Assembly: GCA_001563335.1 (NCBI GenBank)
Contig: LRSL01000036.1
Location: 1 to 22,886, forward strand
DNA from: Candidatus Thorarchaeota archaeon SMTZ1-45
GTDB taxonomy: Archaea; Asgardarchaeota; Thorarchaeia; Thorarchaeales; Thorarchaeaceae
DNA: 22,886 bases
Direction of reading: 5' to 3'
Within the stretch, counting starts at the first letter, position 1. Each line of letters opens with the position of its first letter. The notes under the pieces were generated by a model, which saw nothing but the letters and a program-made list of their open reading frames with translations, was not told where the DNA came from and did not search any database. Shown piece by piece: positions 7,843 to 17,120 of the stretch. The position numbers were made by a program, and so were the translations under genes.

Positions 7843-8769
7843 ATGCAGTTGGAATGTTCAAAATGTGGAAAACCCGCAGTATATCTACGTAGATACACAT
7901 CTGAACGATTATGTCAAGCATGTCTAGTCCAAACAACAACAGACCGGGTACGACGAACAATCAATCGACATAAGATGCTAAGAGAGGATGATCGAATAGC
8001 TGTAGCCATTTCTGGTGGAAAAGACAGTGCGGTACTACTCCATATTCTGAATAAGATTGAGAGCAACTTCCCAGAATCAGAACTGATTCCAGTAACCATT
8101 GATGAGGGTATCAAAGGATACAGGGATAAGGCTCTTGAAGCCGCGAAGGAATTGACGAAATCTCTTAATCTCGCTCTTGAAGTCTTTTCCTTCAAGAACA
8201 TGTTTGATTACTCACTAGACGAACTTGTAGAGTTGCGGACTGACAAATCACTGGGTGCTTGCTCATACTGTGGGGTGTTTCGTCGACGTGCGCTGAACGA
8301 GGTTGCAGAAACTCTAGAGGCGGATGTAATCGCAACTGGTCATAACTTGGATGATGAAACGCAGACCATTTTGATGAACATTATGCGTGGAGACAGTCGT
8401 AGAATAGCACGGACAAACGTTTCTCGAGAAAGATCTGTGGAGGGTCTAGTACCTCGCATCAAGCCTCTCTCAGAGTTGTCAGAGAGAGACATTGTTGCCT
8501 ACTCCCATCATTTGGGTCTTATCTACCATGATATCCCCTGCCCCTACTCCGGAGAAGCATATCGAAACGACATTAGATCTTTTTTGAATGATATGGAACA
8601 TAAACGGCCAGGTACATTGTTGGCAATATTACATTCTGCAGAGGCAGTGACAGAGGCATTGTTAACAAGTTCATCTGATTGGACTCTGAAAACATGCGAG
8701 AAATGCAATACACCATCTCCATCAGAGATATGCAAAGCATGCATGATGCTTGAGGAAATCAGGGGATGA
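7843..8769 (+). CDS. tRNA 2-thiolation protein, TtuA/NcsA/Ctu1 family
   Basis: N-terminal CxxC..CxxC, PP-loop SGGKDS, ACSYCGVFRR, TGHNLDD, CPY, C-terminal CxxC..CxxC. Confidence 0.93.
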   Translation: MQLECSKCGKPAVYLRRYTSERLCQACLVQTTTDRVRRTINRHKMLREDDRIAVAISGGKDSAVLLHILNKIESNFPESELIPVTIDEGIKGYRDKALEAAKELTKSLNLALEVFSFKNMFDYSLDELVELRTDKSLGACSYCGVFRRRALNEVAETLEADVIATGHNLDDETQTILMNIMRGDSRRIARTNVSRERSVEGLVPRIKPLSELSERDIVAYSHHLGLIYHDIPCPYSGEAYRNDIRSFLNDMEHKRPGTLLAILHSAEAVTEALLTSSSDWTLKTCEKCNTPSPSEICKACMMLEEIRG

Positions 8770-8776
8770 TTCTGGA

Positions 8777-9478
8777 GTGGCAAAAAAGCCAGAAATCATA
8801 CATCAGCCTCGAGAGATAAAGTATGATGAAAATCACTGGAAGAATTTGCAAGCCCTCAGAAACTCTGCCATTAAAACAATGCAAAGGCTTGAGTCAATTG
8901 GCATCGAGCCATTTGCATATGGGTCCATAGCTCGCGGAGATATCACAAAGTCTTCTGACATAGATATTATTGTTCTCCGTCCAGTGTCCAGTTACCGAAT
9001 TGAATTAGTCTTGGAACCTCTGCTCAAGAGAGAGCTTGTCCAGGCGACTCCTTCCATGATTCTTAAAGGACACATTCATCTCTCTGAAAATACTGTTGTG
9101 ACTTTTCCTCTATTCAAACTAATGCCAAGGGAGGAGGAGTTCTATCGTTGGGGTGGTATAATAGACAGCACTGGTTTGAAAAACAACACAAGAGTTCCTG
9201 GAGTAGACAAACGACTTGTTCTCATTGACCCAACAGAAACAGGTCATATCGAGCAGGGAGTCATAGGTCATGAGCAGGAAGTCTCTAAGAAACTTAATGT
9301 CAGCATTGAAATCGCCCAAGAACGAGTTCGAGTCCTGACACGACGTGATAGCGTTGGGAGGACAGGAGTCTACCTGACAAGAACCTTACATGATGATGAG
9401 AGCTTTGAGGCTGTTGCTAAGAACCTCCAAGATTCTGATCCTGCACTTCGCAGAACAATTCATCGAAGAGGTGGATAG
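8777..9478 (+). CDS. Archaeal nucleotidyltransferase (Pol-beta superfamily)
   Basis: YGSIARGD...SDIDI motif, RVPGVDKRL, GRTGVY; GTG 8777 avoids overlap with the upstream gene. Confidence 0.88.
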   Translation: MAKKPEIIHQPREIKYDENHWKNLQALRNSAIKTMQRLESIGIEPFAYGSIARGDITKSSDIDIIVLRPVSSYRIELVLEPLLKRELVQATPSMILKGHIHLSENTVVTFPLFKLMPREEEFYRWGGIIDSTGLKNNTRVPGVDKRLVLIDPTETGHIEQGVIGHEQEVSKKLNVSIEIAQERVRVLTRRDSVGRTGVYLTRTLHDDESFEAVAKNLQDSDPALRRTIHRRGG

Positions 9479-9481
9479 TGA

Positions 9482-10606
9482 TTGAAGTCGTCGAAACGTC
9501 AAATTAGAGAAATTGAAGGCGACTCACTTCTTGTTGGTAAATTACCACAAGGTTGCAATCTCTGTAGTAAAGGTTCGAAGATGGTTCTATTCGTGACTGG
9601 TCTGTGTGATAGTTTCTGCTATTACTGCCCATTATCACATGACAAATCAGGAAAGGATGTTGTGTTCGCAGATGAAATGCCTGTGTCTGAAGATGCTGAC
9701 ATCCTTTTTGAAGTTCGAGCAATTAGAGGAGAAGGTGCAGGTATCAGTGGTGGAGACCCTTTCTGTAATCTAGAACGTACACTGAAGTATATTCATCTAT
9801 TAAAACAACAATATGGATCTAGTTTTCATCTTCATCTCTATACTAGTCAGACAGATGTCAGTCAAGAAGTATTGAGTAGTTTACAAGATGCAGGACTAGA
9901 TGAGATTCGATTTCACCCACAGACCAGCAATTGGTCAGGAGTCCAACGAGCTGTAGAAATGAAACTGATTGTTGGACTTGAGGTTCCAGCAATCCCTGGA
10001 AAACTAGAAGAACTAAAGAAGGTAGCAAAAAGAGCTGAAGAGATAGGAGTTTCTTTTCTCAATATCAATGAGCTAGAGGCTAGTGAAACCAACTTTGACA
10101 AGCTAGTTTCCATGGGAATGCGTCTAACGAATCTTGAGAGTGCTAGCATTGAAGGCAGCTCCTCAACTGCACGAGAGGTTATAAAATGGTCAGCAGATTG
10201 TCTTCAAAACCTATCAGTGCATTACTGCTCCGCTCGTTTCAAAGACTCTGTTCAGATGAGAAGAAGGCTGGAACGCAGACTGAAACAAACGATAAGGGTC
10301 TTTGAGGAACGCGATGAGCTAGACCCTCTACTCATTCTTGGTGTAATAAGAGCAGTTCATGGTAGTCAGCTAAATCACGAACAACTGGTAATGATACATT
10401 CAGTTCTCCTGAATCAGTTTGATGTTCCCACAAACCTCACGAATATTGACGAGGTCAGAATGAGGGTAGAGGTTGCTCCTTGGGTCATAGAAGAAATATC
10501 CGAACAGCTCAAAGAGAAATTGGGAAACATCAATGACCTGGAGATTGGCATAGTATTTGAATATCCAACATGGGACCGACTTCAGACACTCTTCGACCCA
10601 CTATAG
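9482..10606 (+). CDS. Radical SAM protein (conserved archaeal family)
   Basis: GCNLC, LFVTGLCDSFCYYCP (CxxxCxxC), SGGDP, GLDEIRFHP, NINELE. Confidence 0.93.
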   Translation: MKSSKRQIREIEGDSLLVGKLPQGCNLCSKGSKMVLFVTGLCDSFCYYCPLSHDKSGKDVVFADEMPVSEDADILFEVRAIRGEGAGISGGDPFCNLERTLKYIHLLKQQYGSSFHLHLYTSQTDVSQEVLSSLQDAGLDEIRFHPQTSNWSGVQRAVEMKLIVGLEVPAIPGKLEELKKVAKRAEEIGVSFLNINELEASETNFDKLVSMGMRLTNLESASIEGSSSTAREVIKWSADCLQNLSVHYCSARFKDSVQMRRRLERRLKQTIRVFEERDELDPLLILGVIRAVHGSQLNHEQLVMIHSVLLNQFDVPTNLTNIDEVRMRVEVAPWVIEEISEQLKEKLGNINDLEIGIVFEYPTWDRLQTLFDPL

Positions 10607-11695
10607 TCACTGTATGATTTTGAAACGCAAGATGGCACCGATTCCTCCCAATCGTTGGAGTTGGTCGCCAGCAGGATGTTCTGTTGATACAATGTGGAAT
10701 GAGCCTCTAGTCTTCTCAGTGTTTCTAATCAACGAATCCATCCAACGCCTCTCGTTCTCTTCACCTTCTCTCAGTCTCTTGTCGGTGATTAGTAACTCTT
10801 CCACAGCCCCATATTGTACAGCATTAAAGACCTCATCATTCCCATATGCTCCAAGTCCATTATCTTTTGAAATATGCTCAATCAGTGTTTCGACAAGCCG
10901 CGTTTCAGTTTCTACCTTTAATTCAGTAACAGCTCTCGAGATGACACCTCTATAGAGTATCTCCTTTGCTCCAGGGACTCCTATCGAGTTTGTACTCTCA
11001 ACAACAACAGGAGGCAAATCTTTAATTTTAGCTCCAATCAGAAACTCTTTGAAATGATCTTTAACGAATCCTGGTCCTGCAATGACAATAAGACCAAATT
11101 CATATTGTTCAAGCTGAGATTGTAATGCCAGAAGGGTGTCTGCAAAGAAATCCCTCATTGTGGCATCATATGATTTCTGGTCGCCTCTTTTTCTTGAGAT
11201 GCTCATGCGAATTCGTACTGTTTCTTGAATGCCCGAATCTGCAGCCAAGAACAGCTCCGCAGTACCATCCTCTATTGTCACTATGAGACATATAGGTCTG
11301 ATCTGCGATTTCGTTGCCTCTTTGAGTCTATCAAGTACAAACTTTGGCCAATGCTCTTTGATAATAGTCAGAGTGTCTCCTGTTTCAATATTGATTGTAT
11401 GATAGGATCCAATATTGACAAGATCATCAGGTCCTTCAAGAATCACACCCTTAATCCGTACTCTGTTGGAAAAGTTATGAAATGAAACATCTTCCACCTT
11501 TAATTTCAGTACCATTGTCTTTCGTGTGCTTTCCTGTTTTCGACTATTCTCATCCCCTATTCGAACTCGACGAGAAGTCTTTGAGATGACAATATCATTG
11601 GTGCTAACTGTATTGTAAAGATGCCAAAGATCATCCAGCGTTTCTATCTTCAGCACTATCTTGCCTTCCTTTAGGACCTGCTTCATGATTTTCAA
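10607..11695 (-). CDS. pelA: Ribosome rescue factor Pelota
   Basis: ETLDDLWHL, GSYHTI, AGPGFVK, GAVEELL, LGGIGAILRF; SD-like GAGGTGA before the TTG start. Confidence 0.97.
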   Translation of the reverse strand: MKIMKQVLKEGKIVLKIETLDDLWHLYNTVSTNDIVISKTSRRVRIGDENSRKQESTRKTMVLKLKVEDVSFHNFSNRVRIKGVILEGPDDLVNIGSYHTINIETGDTLTIIKEHWPKFVLDRLKEATKSQIRPICLIVTIEDGTAELFLAADSGIQETVRIRMSISRKRGDQKSYDATMRDFFADTLLALQSQLEQYEFGLIVIAGPGFVKDHFKEFLIGAKIKDLPPVVVESTNSIGVPGAKEILYRGVISRAVTELKVETETRLVETLIEHISKDNGLGAYGNDEVFNAVQYGAVEELLITDKRLREGEENERRWMDSLIRNTEKTRGSFHIVSTEHPAGDQLQRLGGIGAILRFKIIQ

Positions 11696-11722
11696 GTGGT
11701 CACCTCTGGACTGCTTTCCTTG

Positions 11723-13177
11723 TTAGAAGAAATAGTCTCTGCTAATCGAGGACTCTTGACTTTTATGCCCCATAAACTGAAGATTACTCTCATCAATGCC
11801 TCTACCCAGCACTTCTGCTTGCTGTACATGACCTTGGAGCACATAATCGCTTCCATCTCTCACTGCAAGATCTCCTGCTATTCTGATTAGCCCTCCAAGC
11901 TCACGTAATCGTAGTGTCAAAGCATTCTTTTGACCATCAAGCTGAAGAGCCATACCTTCCGCAACCTCCAGAACACGCTCAACAGCTTTTACAGTGAGAT
12001 GTGGAATCCTCCCATCCTCTTCTACAGTTTGCGACATGAAGCGGACAAAATCATTAATGATCGCTTGGTTCTTCGGAGTCCAAGAATTAAGCATAATTTC
12101 ATACCCATATCCCCGAATCCGTGACCTAAGTGGTGGGAGAATGTTTTTGAGATTCTCAACGTTACATGATGCGAATAGAATAAAATCACAGGGAACATCA
12201 TCGACACGAACTGCAGCTCCTGAGCTTAATGGATTGTGTCCTGAGATTGGAAACACACGGTCTTGCATTGCGGTCAACAGGTGACTCTGAAAGACTCCAA
12301 GCGCTGCAATCTCATCAATATAGAGAATTCCCTCATGTGCTTCATGGATTGCTCCTGGGACAACTCGTAGATGTGCTGCCAATCCTAGTGCTTCTGCACT
12401 TCCATAGGGGTCGTGTTTAACATCCCCTAGCAGTTCGACTGGACTTGCTCCACTCACTCTGACATAGCGACTTGCCCTTAACGGAACAAGAACACGTTCT
12501 TGATGACTCTGAGTTTCAGCATATTGTTTTTCTTCAATCGTCATGCTTCGTTGAGTTATTTTGATCTCACCAGTTTCAATCCTCTCATATGTGACATGGT
12601 AAGACTCTCCGTTGATATCTTCAAGAGTGGTTATGGTTTCGAGTGCAGGTTCCCTAACAACATCGAGCATTCTGAATAATCCATGATATGACTCTCCAGG
12701 AGCCCAATCAAATCGTTTCTCAGACTCGCAATTCACACACACACTCGCTTCAGGATGTGATATATGACCACATGAGGGACATCTAAAGCCCATTTTGACT
12801 GATACATCAAAGGGAATTCTATCAGGAGTGACAAAGAACGTGTCATAAATCCGGCTCTCTGACTTTACATCTTCCATAGATGAATACTCCGTACAAATGA
12901 CAACCACCTCGGGGCGGTCAGGATGAACTGGGTTATATCGAAGGCGAATTTCCTCCTTAGGCGGATCGAGGAGCGAATATGCAGCCTTTGCTAGCATCGA
13001 CTTACCTATACCAGGCTCACCGCAGAGTAGGACATGTCTTCGTTGTTTCACTGCTGAACGAACCAATGACACAGCATGTTCTTGTCCAACAATCATCTTG
13101 AATGGGTCTTTGGAAATTTCCACCTGTTCAGTTGTTTCTAAACCGTCGATGATTGGTATCACATTCGAGTGCCTCAT
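11723..13177 (-). CDS. LonB-related AAA+ ATPase lacking the protease domain, with Zn-ribbon insertion
   Basis: IVGQEHA, Walker A GEPGIGKS, LLGDVKHDPYG, GAIHEAHEG, Walker B LYIDE, LRSRIRGYGYE, LTLRLRELGGLIR; ends shortly afterwards; CPSC..CVNC insert. Confidence 0.9.
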   Translation of the reverse strand: MRHSNVIPIIDGLETTEQVEISKDPFKMIVGQEHAVSLVRSAVKQRRHVLLCGEPGIGKSMLAKAAYSLLDPPKEEIRLRYNPVHPDRPEVVVICTEYSSMEDVKSESRIYDTFFVTPDRIPFDVSVKMGFRCPSCGHISHPEASVCVNCESEKRFDWAPGESYHGLFRMLDVVREPALETITTLEDINGESYHVTYERIETGEIKITQRSMTIEEKQYAETQSHQERVLVPLRASRYVRVSGASPVELLGDVKHDPYGSAEALGLAAHLRVVPGAIHEAHEGILYIDEIAALGVFQSHLLTAMQDRVFPISGHNPLSSGAAVRVDDVPCDFILFASCNVENLKNILPPLRSRIRGYGYEIMLNSWTPKNQAIINDFVRFMSQTVEEDGRIPHLTVKAVERVLEVAEGMALQLDGQKNALTLRLRELGGLIRIAGDLAVRDGSDYVLQGHVQQAEVLGRGIDESNLQFMGHKSQESSISRDYFF

Positions 13178-13246
13178 ATCTTCTACATATGATGATTCCC
13201 AAGAGCTGTGAGATAATTGTGAGTATTACTCAATTCAGCTACTCAT

Positions 13247-13279
13247 AAAAAGAAACAAAGCCTTGATCAAAACCAAGGC
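13247..13279 (-). terminator. Hairpin plus U-tract after dnaG
   Basis: Minus strand reads GCCTTGG-TTTTGA-TCAAGGC followed by TTTGTTTCTTTTT, 16 nt after the dnaG stop. Confidence 0.65.
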
Positions 13280-13295
13280 CCACAACCTTATGCTA

Positions 13296-14591
13296 CTACT
13301 GACCAAGATCATCAAAGGTAACTATCTTCATACTGGTAGGCTTGTTCTCAATATCTGCAACAGCAGCTCCTATCATCAGCTCTGTCTTTTTCTTACCAGC
13401 AATGTCCACTAGTCTTTGTGTAATCACGCCATCAAACACAATAGCTGGAACCCGTTCTTGCTCTTCTAGAATCTTTGCAAGTTCTGCTACTCCACACTCA
13501 ATGATGACCTGTTTGTCCTCTCCATACAGGAGTGCTTTGAATGATTCCTTGATATCTCCAATTTTAGACAAATACACTTCATCAATGGCCACCGGTATTC
13601 TTCTTGTCACAGCTCTCCGTCGACTTGAAATTTGATCATCTTCCTCTAATGCAGGCTTGTCAAAATCATCGACTGATTTTGTTCCTCGGCGAGTCTTTGT
13701 GACCTTCTTGCTTGGTCGTTTCCTCCTTGCGGGAGTTGCTTTTCTATCCTTCACTAGTGTGAGCGCTTGATCAGCTGGAATCTGAGCCTGAAGTGCTTTT
13801 GTGACCTCTCTTCGAGTGAGGTTCTCGACTTCTTTCCCTTCTGGAGCTCGAGCAATATAGTGGACTTTTGCAACCTGCATCAGCTCTCTAAGAATCAGGT
13901 CTCCGCCTCTATCCCCATCAAGGAATGCGATTATCTTCTTCCCTCTCTTCTTTGTGAGATCAACTATACTCTTTGGAATATGTGTGCCTTCAACAGCAAC
14001 TGTGTTTGTAATTCCACATTTCATGAGATTGATTACATCTGCTCGACCTTCAACGATTATGATTTCAGAGCCTTCGTCTAATCCTGGACCTGCTGGTAAG
14101 CTATCTGGACCATATTTCGCTACTGTTACCTTGCTACCCTTAGTGACAGCAGTCTGAATCTCTTCAGTGCCTGGTGAAATATCCTCTTCCCACCCCTTCA
14201 GGATACTAATAGCTCGACTGACCACCTTTCTCCTTTTTGCTCCTCTGATGTCCTCAAGCTTCTCTAGAATTACTCTCGCAGTGCACGGACCAACTCTATC
14301 AACAGTTTCCAATGATGCTGCAAGGATTGCTGTTGCAGTCTTGTTTAATGAAACGGGTATCACAATCTCTCCAGTACTATTCCCACCTTCGGATCTTATC
14401 ACAATCTGAATTCTTCCAATACGACCAGTGCGTTGAAGTTCTCGTAAATCAAGATCTTCCCCGAGTAATCCTTCAGTCTGGCCAAATATTGCTCCTACAA
14501 CATCAGGCTTGTCAACCACGCCTTCAATTTCAATCCGGGCGCGGATGACATATTTGGCTGCACTCTGGTCGAAGTCTGTTCCTATTTCTAT
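13296..14591 (-). CDS. dnaG: Archaeal DnaG (TOPRIM, exosome-associated)
   Basis: KYVIRARIEIEGVVDKPDVVGAIFGQTEGLLG, IIVEGRADV, FLDGDRGG, VFDGVITQRLVD. Start extended past the ORF-track GTG 14519 to a putative ATA. Confidence 0.95.
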   Translation of the reverse strand: MEIGTDFDQSAAKYVIRARIEIEGVVDKPDVVGAIFGQTEGLLGEDLDLRELQRTGRIGRIQIVIRSEGGNSTGEIVIPVSLNKTATAILAASLETVDRVGPCTARVILEKLEDIRGAKRRKVVSRAISILKGWEEDISPGTEEIQTAVTKGSKVTVAKYGPDSLPAGPGLDEGSEIIIVEGRADVINLMKCGITNTVAVEGTHIPKSIVDLTKKRGKKIIAFLDGDRGGDLILRELMQVAKVHYIARAPEGKEVENLTRREVTKALQAQIPADQALTLVKDRKATPARRKRPSKKVTKTRRGTKSVDDFDKPALEEDDQISSRRRAVTRRIPVAIDEVYLSKIGDIKESFKALLYGEDKQVIIECGVAELAKILEEQERVPAIVFDGVITQRLVDIAGKKKTELMIGAAVADIENKPTSMKIVTFDDLGQ

Positions 14592-14832
14592 ACACGTCTC
14601 CTATATTATGCTACCACGTTACCTTGCTCCTCAAACCAAGGTGATTCTACCTGCGTTTTGTCGCGGACCTACCTATGCATCTAGACTGTGCTTGGAATAA
14701 GACCTGTGTGATATACTCAAACCCATGCCCGAACATATGCTATGTTAATCGTAATGATAACCCTGTGAATGATAATCGTCCTAAGACTTTGCGCAGTGCT
14801 CTCACCGACTATTATTCTTTGGTCCAGAGCCG

Positions 14833-15343
14833 GGATTGCGTGGCGCTGTGATATGATGATATGATGATTTGCAAAGCACAGCTGAGTCTTAATCACCTGT
14901 GCTACACACGGGGGCTGTTTCCCGAGTGTATTTGAAGATGTCGCTATCACCATATAGTTCTTATCGAGATATGTTTCACCATCATCAATTTCAACCTGAA
15001 TCGCGCCATGTGACAATCCTAATAACACAAGAAATACAGGATCTCTTGTTCAGGAATATTCAGTCCCGTTCACGAGGGCGCACTGAGGATTGTCCTATGA
15101 GGTGTTGCGCATAGGGCGGGTCACATCCTGGACAAATGCCTGCCAAACACCGAATGGACGAGCCCTAACGGACTCGCTTGATGAGGATGTTGGTCCTTAG
15201 ATGAAGAGTGGGTCACCCAGGTTTCGTATATTGGCGGGCGGGTCGGTGTCAGCATACCCGACACGAGACAGCTCAGTGGAGCCAGATGTAATATCTGATG
15301 CTATGAATCTGGGAGTTAGTGTGAAGGGTTACAGACATCGACC
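14833..15343 (+). ncRNA. Candidate large structured non-coding RNA, family unknown
   Basis: No credible ORF; many nested helices (see findings); G-U pairs mostly favour the + strand; boundaries approximate. Confidence 0.55.
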
Positions 15344-15354
15344 ACCATCTAGTT

Positions 15355-16026
15355 CTAGATCTCTGTTGACTCACCAGGTTTAATGACAATCACCTTCGTG
15401 TCCGGACTAGACTCGGAAACAAGATGTTTGAACTTCTCAGGATTTGCCTCTATCACAGGGAATGTGTCATAATGCATAGGAATCACATTTCTCGCTTTGA
15501 GAAGTTTTGCTGCTAGAGCAGCTTGATGGATATCCATTACAAAATATGAGCCAATGGGCAATAGAGCGACGTCAATTGGACCATACAATTCTCCCAGTAA
15601 CCGCATAGATGAGAACACTCCTGTATCTCCCGCATGGTAGAAAGTACCACTTGGAAACCTAACCACAAAACCTGTTGGAGCTCCAATGCCTGATGAATGG
15701 AATGCTTGAACCAGTGTCACAACCACACCCCCAATATTCACACTTCCTCCAATATTGAGAGTGTGAATATTCTCAACCCCTTGAGAACCCGCTTTATGTG
15801 CTAGCTCATTTATTGCTACTAGGTATGCTCCAGTTTTCTTACAAATTCCAAGTGCTTCTGCATAACCATGATCACCATGGTCGTGAGTGACAAGCACAAT
15901 ATCCGCTTTATCAACATCTTCTACTGTTATAGGCGATGTTGGACCAGTGAGCCATGGGTCCACAAAGACAGTCTTTCCATCTTCTTCAATTTTGAATGAT
16001 GCGTGACCTAGAAACGTGATTTTCAT
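15355..16026 (-). CDS. Metallo-beta-lactamase-fold hydrolase (UPF0173-like)
   Basis: FLGHASF, VDPW, THDHGDH, AFHSS, YHAGDT, LLPIG, IPMHYDTFP. Confidence 0.95.
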   Translation of the reverse strand: MKITFLGHASFKIEEDGKTVFVDPWLTGPTSPITVEDVDKADIVLVTHDHGDHGYAEALGICKKTGAYLVAINELAHKAGSQGVENIHTLNIGGSVNIGGVVVTLVQAFHSSGIGAPTGFVVRFPSGTFYHAGDTGVFSSMRLLGELYGPIDVALLPIGSYFVMDIHQAALAAKLLKARNVIPMHYDTFPVIEANPEKFKHLVSESSPDTKVIVIKPGESTEI

Positions 16027-16150
16027 GATTCTGTATCTCCCATCGTACTGTCATCACTTCTTACTTCTATGTTTTCCCCTAAGGAACAATAATCCTGCTC
16101 AATCTGAAAGTTAATACCTACCAACGCAACCGAAAAGACAGTGACAATTA

Positions 16151-17065
16151 ATGGAACCAAAACCCCATCCAGACTTCATGAAAGCAGGAAAGATTGCTGC
16201 AAATGCATTAAGTTTTGTAGCTCCAATGGTGAGGCCAGGGGAGAAAGTGCTAAAAATCTGTCAACTGGCTGAGAAAAAGATACGAGAATCAGGAGCTACT
16301 GGAATCGCTTTTCCTTGCAATGTTTCAATCAATGATGAGGCTGCGCATTACACTAGTCCTCATGGTGATACCAAGAAGTTTCCGGAAAAGGGTCTTGTCA
16401 AGATCGACCTTGGTGCCCATGTGAATGGATATATCTCTGACACAGCTATCACTATTGATCTGGATGGATCTTACGAGAAATTTGTTCAAGCTGCTCGAGA
16501 GGCTTTAGAGTCCGCTATTGAAGTTGTGACTCCAGATGTTTCCTTGGGTGATGTTGGAAAAGCAATTGAGCGAACCATAAAACGCCACGGTCTTAGACCA
16601 ATTCATCAGCTCTCAGGACATCAATTAAAGCCATGGAATCTTCATGCTGGAAAGAATGTCCCTAATGTAGGGATGAAACTGACAGCAAAGATGCGTCTTG
16701 GAGAAACTTTTGCAATAGAACCCTTTGCCACAAATGGGAATGGCACAATAAAGAGCGGCCCTCGAGCCTATATTTTCTCGAATGATATGAGGAATAAGAA
16801 AAAGCTCGATGCGACCACCATGAGGGTACGAAATATTGCTCGCCAAAGATTTGGGAGTCTACCTTGGGCTGGAAGATGGCTTCACTCTAAAAGTGGCAAA
16901 ATCGATGTAGAAGCTGCGTTAAACAATCTTCAACGAGTAGGTGCCATTCATGGTTATGCAGTTTTATATGAGGGTAAAAATGGGATGGTTTCACAGTTTG
17001 AACATAGTATATTTGTTGGATCAACTGGAGCGATTGTATCGACGCGTCGAGATGATGAAGTCTAG
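16151..17065 (+). CDS. map: Type II methionine aminopeptidase, copy 1
   Basis: AFPCNVSIN, AAHYT, KIDLGAHVNGYISDTA, SGH, AIEPF, SQFEHS. Confidence 0.95.
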   Translation: MEPKPHPDFMKAGKIAANALSFVAPMVRPGEKVLKICQLAEKKIRESGATGIAFPCNVSINDEAAHYTSPHGDTKKFPEKGLVKIDLGAHVNGYISDTAITIDLDGSYEKFVQAAREALESAIEVVTPDVSLGDVGKAIERTIKRHGLRPIHQLSGHQLKPWNLHAGKNVPNVGMKLTAKMRLGETFAIEPFATNGNGTIKSGPRAYIFSNDMRNKKKLDATTMRVRNIARQRFGSLPWAGRWLHSKSGKIDVEAALNNLQRVGAIHGYAVLYEGKNGMVSQFEHSIFVGSTGAIVSTRRDDEV

Positions 17066-17120
17066 CGTGCATGGAACTGCTTAATAGCTCTATTTTCCAC
17101 TTTTCCTCCAAGGTGATGCT

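Noticed and set aside
7843-11695. Selenocysteine readthrough at TGA stops
   Set aside because: Proteins ending in TGA are already complete by family motifs; no in-frame TGA at a Cys position.
14717-15028. 103-aa minus-strand ORF
   Set aside because: No motif, odd composition, and it coincides with the base-paired region; cannot be fully excluded.
15262-15330. tRNA (AGCTCAGTGGAGC resembles a D arm)
   Set aside because: No TTCGA T-loop and no proper anticodon loop or acceptor stem.
14829-15340. SRP RNA (GCCGGG..GTGGCGC on +, CTGTAACCC on -)
   Set aside because: No helix-8 motif (AGG..GNRA..AGCA) on either strand.
15061-15345. RNase P RNA (hairpin followed by GAGGATTGTCC resembles GAGGAAAGTCC)
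   Set aside because: No 3' ACAGAA...GCTTA region able to form P4; the following bases pair locally instead.
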